A DNA stretch of 64,000 nt, taken from NCBI GenBank assembly GCA_963716255.1, contig OY970303.1:5568001-5632000 (forward strand), written 5' to 3'. A program made the position numbers and the translations under genes. Source of the DNA: an uncultured Gemmatimonadales bacterium. GTDB taxonomy: Bacteria > Gemmatimonadota > Gemmatimonadetes > Longimicrobiales > Longimicrobiaceae. Below, piece after piece: positions 9,243-21,391 of the stretch. The first letter of the stretch is position 1. The number at the start of each line of letters is the position of its first letter. Under the pieces are notes generated by a model. It was not told the origin of the DNA. It did no database searches and was given only the letters and a program-made list of their open reading frames with translations.

Positions 9243-11228
9243 ATGTGCGGCCTCACCGGCTTCTGGGACGTGTCCGGGCGGGGCTCGCGGGACGAGCTCG
9301 CGTCCACGGCCGCCCGCATGGCGGCGATGCTCCTGCACCGCGGCCCGGACGACGGGGGGACGTGGGCCGACGAGGCGGAGGGGATCGCGCTGGGGCACCG
9401 CCGCCTTTCCATCGTGGACCTGTCCTCGTGCGGCCACCAGCCCATGGAGTCCGCAGGCGGGCGCTACGTGGTGGCGTTCAACGGCGAGATCTACAACTTC
9501 CAGCCGCTCCGGCGCGAGCTGGAGCAGCGCGGCCACCGCTTCCGCGGCCACTCCGACACCGAGGTGCTCCTGGCGGCGGTGGAGGCGTGGGGCGTCGAGG
9601 CCGCGCTGCGCCGCTTCGTGGGGATGTTCGCCTTCGCGCTGTGGGACCGGGAGCGCCGCTCGCTCTTCCTGGCGCGCGACCGCATGGGGGAGAAGCCGCT
9701 GTACTACGGCTGGAGCGGCGGCGTCTTCCTTTTCGGCTCCGAGCTCAAGGCGCTGCGCGGCCACCCCGCGTGGCGCGGCGAGATCGACCGCGACAGCCTG
9801 GCGCTGTACCTCCGCTACAACTACGTCCCCGCGCCGTACTCCATCTACCGCGGCATCGCCAAGCTGATGCCCGGCACCTACGCCGAGGTGCGCCCGGACG
9901 CCCCCGGCGCCAGCCCCGAGCCGGTGGCGTACTGGTCCATGGGCGACGTGGTGGAGGCGGGGGCGCGCGACCCGTTCCGCGGCTCCGACGCGGAGGCGGA
10001 GGCGGCGCTGGACGAGCTGCTGCGCGACGCCGTGCGCCAGCAGCTCATGGGCGACGTGCCGCTGGGCGCCTTCCTGTCCGGCGGGGTGGACTCGTCCACC
10101 GTCGTCGCGCTGATGCAGGCGCAGAGCTCGCGCCCCGTGCGGACGTTCAGCATCGGCTTCTTCGAGGACGCGTTCAACGAGGCCGAGCACGCCAAGGCCG
10201 TCGCGGCGCACCTGGGGACCGACCACACCGAGCTGTACGTCACCCCGCGCGAGGCGATGGAGGTGATCCCCTCGCTCCCCACGCTCTACGACGAGCCGTT
10301 CGCCGACTCGTCCCAGGTCCCCACCTTCCTGGTGTCGCAGCTCGCCCGCCGCTCGGTGAAGGTGTCGCTCTCCGGCGACGGCGGCGACGAGCTGTTCGGC
10401 GGCTACAACCGCTACTTCCTGGGCCGCCGGGTGTGGGACCGCATCCGCCCCGTGCCCCGGCCGCTGCGGCGCGTCGCGGCGGGGCTGGTGACGCGCGTGG
10501 CGCCCGCGCACTGGGACCGGGTCAACCGCATGCTCCCCGCGCGGCTGCGCCAGCCCCAGCTCGCCGACCGGCTGCGCAAGGCCGCCGAGGTGGTCGGCGC
10601 CCCCGACCCGGAGGCCATCTACATGCGGCTGGTGTCGCAGTGGATGGACCCCACCGCGCTGGTGCCGGGGAGCGTGGAGCCCCTGACCACCGTCACCGAC
10701 CGCGGCGCCTGGCCCCGCCTGGACGACTTCACCGAGCGGATGATGTACCTGGACGCCGTCAGCTACCTCCCGGGCGACATCCTGGCCAAGGTGGACCGTG
10801 CCGCGATGGGAGTCAGCCTGGAAACGCGCGTCCCGCTCCTGGACCACCGGGTGGTGGAATTCGCGTGGCGCCTCCCGCTCGGCATGAAGGTGCGCGGCGG
10901 CAAGGGAAAGTGGATCCTGCGCCAGGTGCTCCACCGGTACGTGCCGCGCGAGCTGATCGAGCGCCCCAAGATGGGCTTCGGGATCCCGGTGGGCGATTGG
11001 CTGCGCGGCCCGCTGCGCGACTGGGCGGAGGCGCTGCTGGACGAGCGGCGCCTGCGCGGCGAGGGGTTCTTCGACCCGGCGCCCATCCGCCGGCGCTGGC
11101 GCGAGCACCTTTCGGGTGAGCGCGACTGGCAGTGGGCGCTCTGGTCCGTGCTGATGTTCCAGGCGTGGAGCGAGGGCGCCGGCAGCCCGGAGGCGACGGA
11201 GGTGGACCGTGCCGCCGCGGGGGTCTGA
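9243..11228 (+). CDS. asnB: Asparagine synthase (glutamine-hydrolysing) family amidotransferase
   Basis: N-terminal MCG; HRGPD, FNGEIYN, LSGGVDSS and SGDGGDELFGGY motifs. Confidence 0.93.
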   Translation: MCGLTGFWDVSGRGSRDELASTAARMAAMLLHRGPDDGGTWADEAEGIALGHRRLSIVDLSSCGHQPMESAGGRYVVAFNGEIYNFQPLRRELEQRGHRFRGHSDTEVLLAAVEAWGVEAALRRFVGMFAFALWDRERRSLFLARDRMGEKPLYYGWSGGVFLFGSELKALRGHPAWRGEIDRDSLALYLRYNYVPAPYSIYRGIAKLMPGTYAEVRPDAPGASPEPVAYWSMGDVVEAGARDPFRGSDAEAEAALDELLRDAVRQQLMGDVPLGAFLSGGVDSSTVVALMQAQSSRPVRTFSIGFFEDAFNEAEHAKAVAAHLGTDHTELYVTPREAMEVIPSLPTLYDEPFADSSQVPTFLVSQLARRSVKVSLSGDGGDELFGGYNRYFLGRRVWDRIRPVPRPLRRVAAGLVTRVAPAHWDRVNRMLPARLRQPQLADRLRKAAEVVGAPDPEAIYMRLVSQWMDPTALVPGSVEPLTTVTDRGAWPRLDDFTERMMYLDAVSYLPGDILAKVDRAAMGVSLETRVPLLDHRVVEFAWRLPLGMKVRGGKGKWILRQVLHRYVPRELIERPKMGFGIPVGDWLRGPLRDWAEALLDERRLRGEGFFDPAPIRRRWREHLSGERDWQWALWSVLMFQAWSEGAGSPEATEVDRAAAGV

Positions 11229-12447
11229 GGCCGCGGTGGCGCCGAGCGCGCCGCGTCCGGCCGGGCGGGCCGCGGGGCGGGGCGGGGGAGCCGCCGCCCG
11301 GCCGCCGCGGGTCTGCTTCGTGGTCAACGTGGACTGGTTCTTTCTTTCCCACCGGCTCCCGCTGGCGCGCGCGGCGCGCGACGCGGGGGCGGAAGTCACC
11401 ATCCTGGCCGCCGACACCGGGTGCGGCGACCGCATCCGCTCCGAGGGGCTGGCGTTCGTCCCGCTCCCCATCTCGCGGCGCGGGCTCAACGTCTTCGCCG
11501 AGGCGGCCGCCGTGCTGGCGCTGGTGCGCCACTACCGCCGGCTCCGCCCCGACCTGGTGCACCACGTCACCATCAAGCCGGTGCTGTACGGATCGCTGGC
11601 CGCGCGCGCGACCGGCGTGCCCGCGGTGGTCAACGCCATCAGCGGGCTGGGGTACGTGTTCACCTCCGACGACCGGAGCCGGCTGCTGCGCCGCGTCGTC
11701 AACCGGGTGTACCGCGCCGCGCTGGGCAACCCGCGCAGTCGCACCATCCTGCAGAACTCGGACGATCGGGCGATGTTCGTGGACCGCGGGCTCCTCCCTC
11801 CCGGGCAGGCCCTGGTCATCCGCGGCTCCGGGGTGGACTGCTCGGTCTTCCGGCCCACCCCCGAGCCGGCCGGCGATCCGGTGGTGATGCTCCCCTCGCG
11901 CATGCTGTGGGACAAGGGGGTGGGGAGCTTCGTCGAGGCGGCCCGGCTGCTGCGCGCGAGGGGCGCCCGCGCGCGCTTCGTGCTGGTGGGCGCCTCCGAC
12001 GACGGCAACCCCACCGCGGTCCCGCAGGCGCAGCTCGAAGCCTGGCGCGACGAGGGCACCGTGGAGTGGTGGGGCGCCCGCGACGACATGCCGGCCACCC
12101 TGGCCGAGGCCGCGGTCGTGGTCCTCCCCAGCCGGCGCGAGGGGCTTCCCAAGGTGCTGCTGGAGGCCGCCGCCTGCGCGCGCCCCATGGTCGCCACCGA
12201 CGTGCCGGGGTGCCGCGAAGTGGTGCGCCCCGGCGTGAACGGGCTCCTCGTCCCCCCCGACGACGCACCCGCGCTGGCGGACGCGGTCGGGCGGCTCCTG
12301 GAAGCCCCCGCGCTCCGCCGCGAGTGGGGCGCGGCCGCGCGGGAGATGGCCGAGCGCGAGTTCGCCGAGGAGATCGTCGTCGCCCGCACCATGGAGCTGT
12401 ACGCCGGCCTGCTCGGCGACCTGTGGCCGGGGGCGGCCGCGGGATGA
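11209..12447 (+). CDS. Glycosyltransferase family 4
   Basis: HHVTIKPVLYG and REGLPKVLLEAAACARP motifs; start uncertain. Confidence 0.88.
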   Translation: MPPRGSEAAVAPSAPRPAGRAAGRGGGAAARPPRVCFVVNVDWFFLSHRLPLARAARDAGAEVTILAADTGCGDRIRSEGLAFVPLPISRRGLNVFAEAAAVLALVRHYRRLRPDLVHHVTIKPVLYGSLAARATGVPAVVNAISGLGYVFTSDDRSRLLRRVVNRVYRAALGNPRSRTILQNSDDRAMFVDRGLLPPGQALVIRGSGVDCSVFRPTPEPAGDPVVMLPSRMLWDKGVGSFVEAARLLRARGARARFVLVGASDDGNPTAVPQAQLEAWRDEGTVEWWGARDDMPATLAEAAVVVLPSRREGLPKVLLEAAACARPMVATDVPGCREVVRPGVNGLLVPPDDAPALADAVGRLLEAPALRREWGAAAREMAEREFAEEIVVARTMELYAGLLGDLWPGAAAG

Positions 12448-13403
12448 GCCGGGTCCTGGTCACCGGTGCCGGCGGCTTCGTCGGCAGCCGGCTCTGCGCG
12501 GCGCTGACGGAAAGCGGCTGCACCGTGCGGCGGGCAGTGCGCACGCCCGGCGCGTCCCCCGCCGGCGCGGACACCGAGGAGGTGCGCGTGGGGGAGATCG
12601 ACGGCGCCACCCGCTGGGAGGGGGCGCTGGAAGGGGTGGACGGAGTGGTGCACCTCGCCGCGCGGGTCCACCAGATGGGCGCCGGCGAGGCGGGGCTGCT
12701 CGCCGAGTACCGCCGCGTCAACGCGGAGGGGACCGCCACCCTCGCCCGCGCCGCCGCGGCCGCGGGGGTGCGGCGTATGGTGTTCGTCAGCTCCGTCAAG
12801 GTCAACGGCGAGGCCACGCACGGCACCCCCTTCCGCCCGGACGACGCGCCCGCGCCGGCCGACCCCTACGGCGTGAGCAAGTGGGAGGGAGAGCAGGCGC
12901 TGTGGGAGACCGCGCGCGCCACGGCGATGGAGGGCGTGGTGGTGAGACCCCCGCTGGTGTACGGCCCCGGCGTCCGGGCAAACTTCCTCCAGCTCCTGCG
13001 CGCCGTGGACCGGGGGATCCCCATCCCCCTGGGGAGCGTCCGCAACCGCCGCAGCCTGGTGTACGTGGGCAACCTCGCGGAGCTGCTGGTCGTGGCGCTC
13101 CGCCATCCCGCCGCCGCGGGGCGGACGCTGCTCGCCGCCGACGGCCCGCCGCTCTCCACCCCCGAGCTGGTCCGCGCCATCGCCGCCGCCCTCGGACGCC
13201 CCGCGCGCCTGCTCCCGGTACCGCCCGCGGCGCTGCGGCTGGCGGGGCGGGTGCTGGGGCGCAGCGCCGCCGTGGACCGCCTGTGCGGCGACCTCGCGGT
13301 GGACGAGACCGCGGCGGCCCGCCTCCTCGGGTGGACCCCGCCGTTCACCACCGCGCAGGGGCTCGCCGCGACGGCGGAGTGGCTGCGCGCGGAGGGCCGG
13401 TGA
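12444..13403 (+). CDS. NAD-dependent epimerase/dehydratase (WbpK/WbpV-like)
   Basis: TGAGGFVG Rossmann motif, SSVKV, YGVSK (YxxxK); ATGA overlap with the upstream gene. Confidence 0.9.
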   Translation: MSRVLVTGAGGFVGSRLCAALTESGCTVRRAVRTPGASPAGADTEEVRVGEIDGATRWEGALEGVDGVVHLAARVHQMGAGEAGLLAEYRRVNAEGTATLARAAAAAGVRRMVFVSSVKVNGEATHGTPFRPDDAPAPADPYGVSKWEGEQALWETARATAMEGVVVRPPLVYGPGVRANFLQLLRAVDRGIPIPLGSVRNRRSLVYVGNLAELLVVALRHPAAAGRTLLAADGPPLSTPELVRAIAAALGRPARLLPVPPAALRLAGRVLGRSAAVDRLCGDLAVDETAAARLLGWTPPFTTAQGLAATAEWLRAEGR

Positions 13404-14416
13404 CGGCGCTGCCGGCGGCGCTGGCCGGCGGGATGCTCGCGAGCTGGCTCCTCACCCGGGCCATCCGCCGCTACGCCCTCGCCCGCTCGGTGCTGGACGT
13501 GCCCAACCAGCGCAGCTCGCACACCGTCCCCACCCCGCGCGGGGGCGGGCTCGCCATCGTGGCGGTGGTGCTCGCGGGAACCCTTCTGGCGTGCGCGGCG
13601 GGCGCGCTCTCCGCGGCGCAGGCGCTCGCCCTGGGCGGCGGCGGGGCGATGGTGGCGGGCATCGGGTGGCTCGACGACCACCGCCCCATCCCCGCGGCGT
13701 GGCGGTTTGCCGTGCACATCGCGGCCTCCGTCTGGGCCGTGGCCTGGCTGGGGGGGATGCCGCAGCTGGAGGTGGGAGCGCTCCGCCTGGGGCTGGGTGC
13801 GGCGGGGGCGCTGCTCGCCGTGGGGGCGCTGGTGTGGCTCACCAACCTGTACAACTTCATGGACGGGATCGACGGCATCGCCGGGGGCGAGGCCGTCGCC
13901 GTGGGCGGGGTGGGCGGCGCGCTGCTGTGGGCGGCGGGGGAGCGGGGGCTCGCGGCCGTGGCGCTGACGGCGGCGGCTGCCGCCGCGGGCTTCCTGCTCT
14001 GGAACTGGCAGCCCGCCCGGATCTTCATGGGCGACGTGGGAAGCGGCTTCCTCGGCTTCCTGTTCGGCGCGCTCGCCCTCGCGTCCGAGCGCGCCGAGGG
14101 CCCGCCCGCGCTGGTGTGGATGCTCCTCCTGGGCGTGTTCGTGGTGGACGCCACGCTGACGCTGTTCCGCCGCGCCGCGCGCGGCGAGCGCCTTCACGAG
14201 GCCCACCGCCGCCACGCCTACCAGCGCGCCGTGCAGTCGGGATGGTCGCACGCCCGCGTGGCCGCCGCGGTGCTCGCCGTCGACGCGCTGCTCGCCGCGC
14301 TCGGCGCAGCCGCCTGGCTCAGGCCCGCATGGGCGCCCGCCTGCTTCGCCGCCGGCGCTGCGCTGCTGCTCGTGGCCTACGCCGCGGTGGAGCGGCGCCG
14401 GCCCATGTCCGCCTGA
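13400..14416 (+). CDS. MraY/WecA/WbpL-family polyprenyl-phosphate sugar-1-phosphate transferase
   Basis: RSSHTVPTPRGGG, LDD, NFMDGIDG and IFMGDVGS motifs. Confidence 0.92.
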   Translation: MTALPAALAGGMLASWLLTRAIRRYALARSVLDVPNQRSSHTVPTPRGGGLAIVAVVLAGTLLACAAGALSAAQALALGGGGAMVAGIGWLDDHRPIPAAWRFAVHIAASVWAVAWLGGMPQLEVGALRLGLGAAGALLAVGALVWLTNLYNFMDGIDGIAGGEAVAVGGVGGALLWAAGERGLAAVALTAAAAAAGFLLWNWQPARIFMGDVGSGFLGFLFGALALASERAEGPPALVWMLLLGVFVVDATLTLFRRAARGERLHEAHRRHAYQRAVQSGWSHARVAAAVLAVDALLAALGAAAWLRPAWAPACFAAGAALLLVAYAAVERRRPMSA

Positions 14417-14514
14417 TCCGCCGCGGGTTGGCGAACCGCTGCCGCGAAGCTACCTTGTCGTAGCTCGTCCGGTCCGGACCGGAAAGCAATTTCATCGGCA
14501 CCCGAGATTCCAAT

Positions 14515-14877
14515 ATGCCAACCGACGCCCGCCCCGACGCCGTCTCCGTCCCCAAGATCGTCCCCAAGCCCTGGGGCCGCGAGATCTGGTACGCGCACGA
14601 GGAGCGCTACGCCGGCAAGGTCCTGGAGGTCACCCGGGGCCACGCCCTGTCCCTGCAGAAGCACGAGCGCAAGCAGGAAACCATGTACCTGCAGTCCGGC
14701 CGTCTCCTGTACCACTTCAACGGCGTGGACTTCGAGATGGGGCCCGGCGAGTGCATCACCGTGCGCCCCGGCGACGTGCACCGCATCGAGGCGCTGGAGG
14801 ACGCGGTCATCCTGGAGGTGAGCACCCCCGAGCTGGACGACGTCATCCGGCTGGAAGACCGCTACGGCCGCAGCTGA
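14515..14877 (+). CDS. Cupin domain protein (mannose-6-phosphate isomerase-like)
   Basis: KPWGRE, LSLQKH..K.E and VHRI motifs. Confidence 0.85.
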   Translation: MPTDARPDAVSVPKIVPKPWGREIWYAHEERYAGKVLEVTRGHALSLQKHERKQETMYLQSGRLLYHFNGVDFEMGPGECITVRPGDVHRIEALEDAVILEVSTPELDDVIRLEDRYGRS

Positions 14878-14964
14878 GCCGCCCGGCACGGGGCCCGGCC
14901 CCGGCTTGCCCGCATCCGGGAGAGGATCTATCTTCTCCCGGATTTGCCTTTTTACGGAGAACTC

Positions 14965-15693
14965 ATGGCGCAAGAGCTTTCCACGGAGCAGCTGATCGCA
15001 CGCGGCAGGGAGGCGTACGCCCGCAACGCCTTCTTCGCCGCGCTCGAGGACTTCCAGGAGGTGGCGCGCCGTGAGCCGCGCTTCGCGGACGTGCACAACC
15101 TCATCGGGCTGTGCCTCAGCCTGCTGGGGCGCCCCGAGGAAGCGGTGGAGGCCTTCGAGCGGGCGACGGGCGTCAACCCGCGCTACGTGGAAGCCCACGT
15201 CAACCGGGCCATCACCCTGAACGACCTGGGGCGGCTGGACGAAGCGCGCGAGTCCTTCGAGCTCGCCGCCGACGCCGACGGGTCCGCGGGGGGGCGCTTC
15301 CCCGGCGCGGTCGCGGCGCGCCTGGCCAACAAGCACGCGGAGCTGGGCGACCTGTACGCCGAGGCGAGCGCGTTGGAAGAGGCGGCCGAGCAGTTCCGCC
15401 GCGCCTGCGAGATCCGCCCGCGCTTCCTGGACATCCGCAACAGGCTGGGGCGCACGCTCCTGGACCTGGGGCGCACCGCGGAGGGGGTCGCCGAGCTGCG
15501 CGCCGTCCTGGACGCGAACCCGTCGTTCACCGGCGCCCGCGCCAACCTGGGCCTTGCCCTGTACCGGGCCGGCGACCTCGCCGGCGCCGAGGCCGAGTGG
15601 GAGCGCTGCCTGGCCCAGCAGCCGGAGAGCGCCCAGGTGAGCGGGTACCTCGGCATGCTGCGGCGGCAGCGAGAAGGCCGTTCCACGGGGTGA
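14965..15693 (+). CDS. Tetratricopeptide repeat protein
   Basis: Repeated TPR-like helices; GGAGA RBS before the ATG. Confidence 0.85.
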   Translation: MAQELSTEQLIARGREAYARNAFFAALEDFQEVARREPRFADVHNLIGLCLSLLGRPEEAVEAFERATGVNPRYVEAHVNRAITLNDLGRLDEARESFELAADADGSAGGRFPGAVAARLANKHAELGDLYAEASALEEAAEQFRRACEIRPRFLDIRNRLGRTLLDLGRTAEGVAELRAVLDANPSFTGARANLGLALYRAGDLAGAEAEWERCLAQQPESAQVSGYLGMLRRQREGRSTG

Positions 15694-15760
15694 GACGGCG
15701 CGCGCCGCTCCACCCCTCCGTTCCTGAAACTCCCCCCGCGACCCGGGGTACCAGGCCCGC

Positions 15761-16543
15761 ATGATACCCGTTTCCACTAGAAGCCTCCCCCTCGCCCTCG
15801 CCTGCGCGCTCCTCTTCGCGGCCTGCGGCGCCAACCAGACCCCGGCGCAGCTCGGTCCGGACGCCCTGTACGAGCGCGGCATGGCCGCCTACCGCTCCGG
15901 CAGCTGGGGGCGCGCCACCGAGCTACTCGACCTGTTCCTGCAGAAAAGCGCGGGCGACCCGCGCAGCTCCGAGGCCCGCATCAGCCTGGCCCGTGCCCGC
16001 ATGCAGCGGCGCGAGTACGTGCTCGCCGCCGGCGACTACACGCGCCTCCTCAACGAGTCGCCGCCCGACTCGCTGCAGCGCCCCGCGCGCTTCGGCCTGT
16101 GCGAGGCGTACCACAGCCTGTCGCCCCGGCCGCAGCTGGACCAGGAGTACACCGGCGGCGCGCTGGCGTACTGCGAGTCGGTCGCCACCACCTACCCGGG
16201 CACGACGGAGGCCACGCAGGCCACGGAGTGGGTGGGCGCGATGAAGACCAAACTCGCGCAGAAGTCGTACGACAACGGCATGTTCTACTTCAAGCGCGGG
16301 GCGTACGACGCGGCGGTCATCTACTTCAACGAAGCGGTCGAGCAGTTCCCCGACACCTCGGTGGCGCCGGCGGCGCTCCTGAAGGTGGTGGAGAGCTACG
16401 ACCGCATCGGCTACAAGGAGGAAGCCGCGGAGGCCCGCACCCGGCTGCAGCGCGACTACCCGCAGAGCCTGGAGGCGCGCTCCATGCAGCCCGCCGCCCC
16501 CACCACGGGCCCGCCGACGCCGGGGACGGGCACCGGCGGCTGA
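15761..16543 (+). CDS. bamD: Outer membrane assembly lipoprotein BamD
   Basis: Lipobox FAAC, TPRs, LDQEYT motif, position upstream of nadD. Confidence 0.85.
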   Translation: MIPVSTRSLPLALACALLFAACGANQTPAQLGPDALYERGMAAYRSGSWGRATELLDLFLQKSAGDPRSSEARISLARARMQRREYVLAAGDYTRLLNESPPDSLQRPARFGLCEAYHSLSPRPQLDQEYTGGALAYCESVATTYPGTTEATQATEWVGAMKTKLAQKSYDNGMFYFKRGAYDAAVIYFNEAVEQFPDTSVAPAALLKVVESYDRIGYKEEAAEARTRLQRDYPQSLEARSMQPAAPTTGPPTPGTGTGG

Positions 16544-16548
16544 GCGCC

Positions 16549-17141
16549 GTGCGCATCGGGGTGTTCGGCGGGACCTTCGACCCGCCGCACCACGGGCACC
16601 TGGCCGTCGCCGCCGACGTGCACGACGCGCTCGGGCTGGACCGGGTCCTGCTGGTGCCCTCGGCGATCCCGCCGCACAAGCGGCACACGGTGCAGGCCCC
16701 CGCCGGGATCCGGCTGGAGATGGCCCGGGCGGCGGTGGCGGGAGACGATCGCTTCGAGGTGGACGACCTGGAGCTGCGGCGTCCCGGCCCCTCGTACACG
16801 GTGGACACGCTGCGCGAGCTCCGGGACCGCTACCCGGACGCGGAGCTTTTCTTCCTGATCGGGGCCGACAACGTGGGCGAGCTTGCGTCCTGGCGCGAGC
16901 CGGAGGAGATCGTCCGGCTCGCGCGACTCGTTGCGGTTCCCCGGGGTTGTGAGAACGTAGACGCGGAGACCCCGTTCCCCTTCCTTGCCGTCCCGGTGAC
17001 CCGGATCGGCATCTCGGCGACGGACGTGCGCCGGAGGGTGGCGGCGGGGCAATCCATTCGATATCTGGTGCCCGATGCGGTGCGCGAGATCGTGGCGCGC
17101 GAGGGTTTGTATCGGGAGCCCGCACATACAGGGAAGAACCC

Positions 17142-17148
<7 letters not shown>
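16549..17148 (+). CDS. nadD: Nicotinate-nucleotide adenylyltransferase
   Basis: GGTFDPPHHGH, SYTVDT, IGAD and ISAT motifs. Confidence 0.95.
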
Positions 17149-20360
<3,212 letters not shown>

Positions 20361-20370
20361 GCGGCTCGAT

Positions 20371-20468
20371 AAATCGCGCAGCTCTGCGTTGTCGCCTGCG
20401 GGGCTCCCTGCGGCGTGAAACAACCACGCCTCAGTCGCTCCTCGGGTCCGCCTTGATCTGCGCGATTT
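20371..20468. repeat. Structured palindromic intergenic element carrying an AAACAAC-loop hairpin
   Basis: Outer stem AAATCGCGCAG / CTGCGCGATTT; inner GGCGTG-AAACAAC-CACGCC at 20412-20430; single copy in this window. Confidence 0.6.
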
Positions 20469-20662
20469 CTCTTCGCCTTGGGATCCTCGCGAAGAGAAAG
20501 GCTCAAGAAAAACGGCACGACGGCCGTCGCTCAATGGAGCGGCGGCCGTCGTCGTTTCCATCCCTCACCTGTTCACCTAGATTGTGGCACGGGGGTGCCG
20601 GTGCCGCGCGGCATCCCCGGAAACGATCCCCCGATTCGGGGCGGTGTATTCAATTGGGCGTA

Positions 20663-21391
20663 ATGGCATCCAACTACACCATCAAGGCGTGGCCGGTCGT
20701 GGAGCGGCCCCGCGAGCGGCTGGAGGCGCTGGGCCCCAAGGCGCTCTCGCCCCGCGAGCTGCTGGCGCTGCTCATCGAGACGGGGACCCCGGCGCGCGCG
20801 GGGCAGGACGCGCGCTCGGCGCTGGACCTGGCCGGCGACTTGCTGCAACGCTTCTCTCCCGGACCGGGGCGGGAGTCGCTGCGCCGCCTGATGACGGCGT
20901 CGCTCCCGGAGCTGTGCGGGGTGCCGGGGATCGGGCCCGCGAAGGCCGCCAAGATCCTGGCCGCGCTGGACCTGGGCCGGCGCGCGGCGGAGGAAGCGCG
21001 CCCGGACCGGGACCGCATCCGCACCCCGCGCGACGTGTACGAGCGGATGCGGCTGATGCTGCGGGACGAGCCCGCCGAGGAGTTCCACGTCCTCCTTCTC
21101 AACACGCAGAACGAGATCCTCCGCGACCTGCAGATCACCCGGGGGACGGTGGACGCGTCGCTGGTGCACCCCCGGGAGGTGTTCCGCGCGGCGGTGATGG
21201 AGAACGCGGCCAGCCTGGTGCTGGTGCACAACCACCCCAGCGGCGACCCCACCCCCTCCGACGAGGACCTGGCGGTCACCGAGGAGCTGAGGAAGGCGGG
21301 GCTGACGATCGGGATCGAGGTGCTCGACCACGTCATCGTGGGGGAGGGGCGTTACGTCTCATTCGTAGAAGCGGGGTACTGGAATGGCTAG
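20663..21391 (+). CDS. radC: RadC family JAB-domain protein
   Basis: ERPRERL, HhH GIGPAKA, VHPREVF, HNHPSGDPTPS and LDH motifs. Confidence 0.93.
   Translation: MASNYTIKAWPVVERPRERLEALGPKALSPRELLALLIETGTPARAGQDARSALDLAGDLLQRFSPGPGRESLRRLMTASLPELCGVPGIGPAKAAKILAALDLGRRAAEEARPDRDRIRTPRDVYERMRLMLRDEPAEEFHVLLLNTQNEILRDLQITRGTVDASLVHPREVFRAAVMENAASLVLVHNHPSGDPTPSDEDLAVTEELRKAGLTIGIEVLDHVIVGEGRYVSFVEAGYWNG

Noticed and set aside
20663..21391. radC as a marker of a mobile or defence island
   Set aside because: It is the full-length chromosomal type, embedded between secA and relA/spoT.
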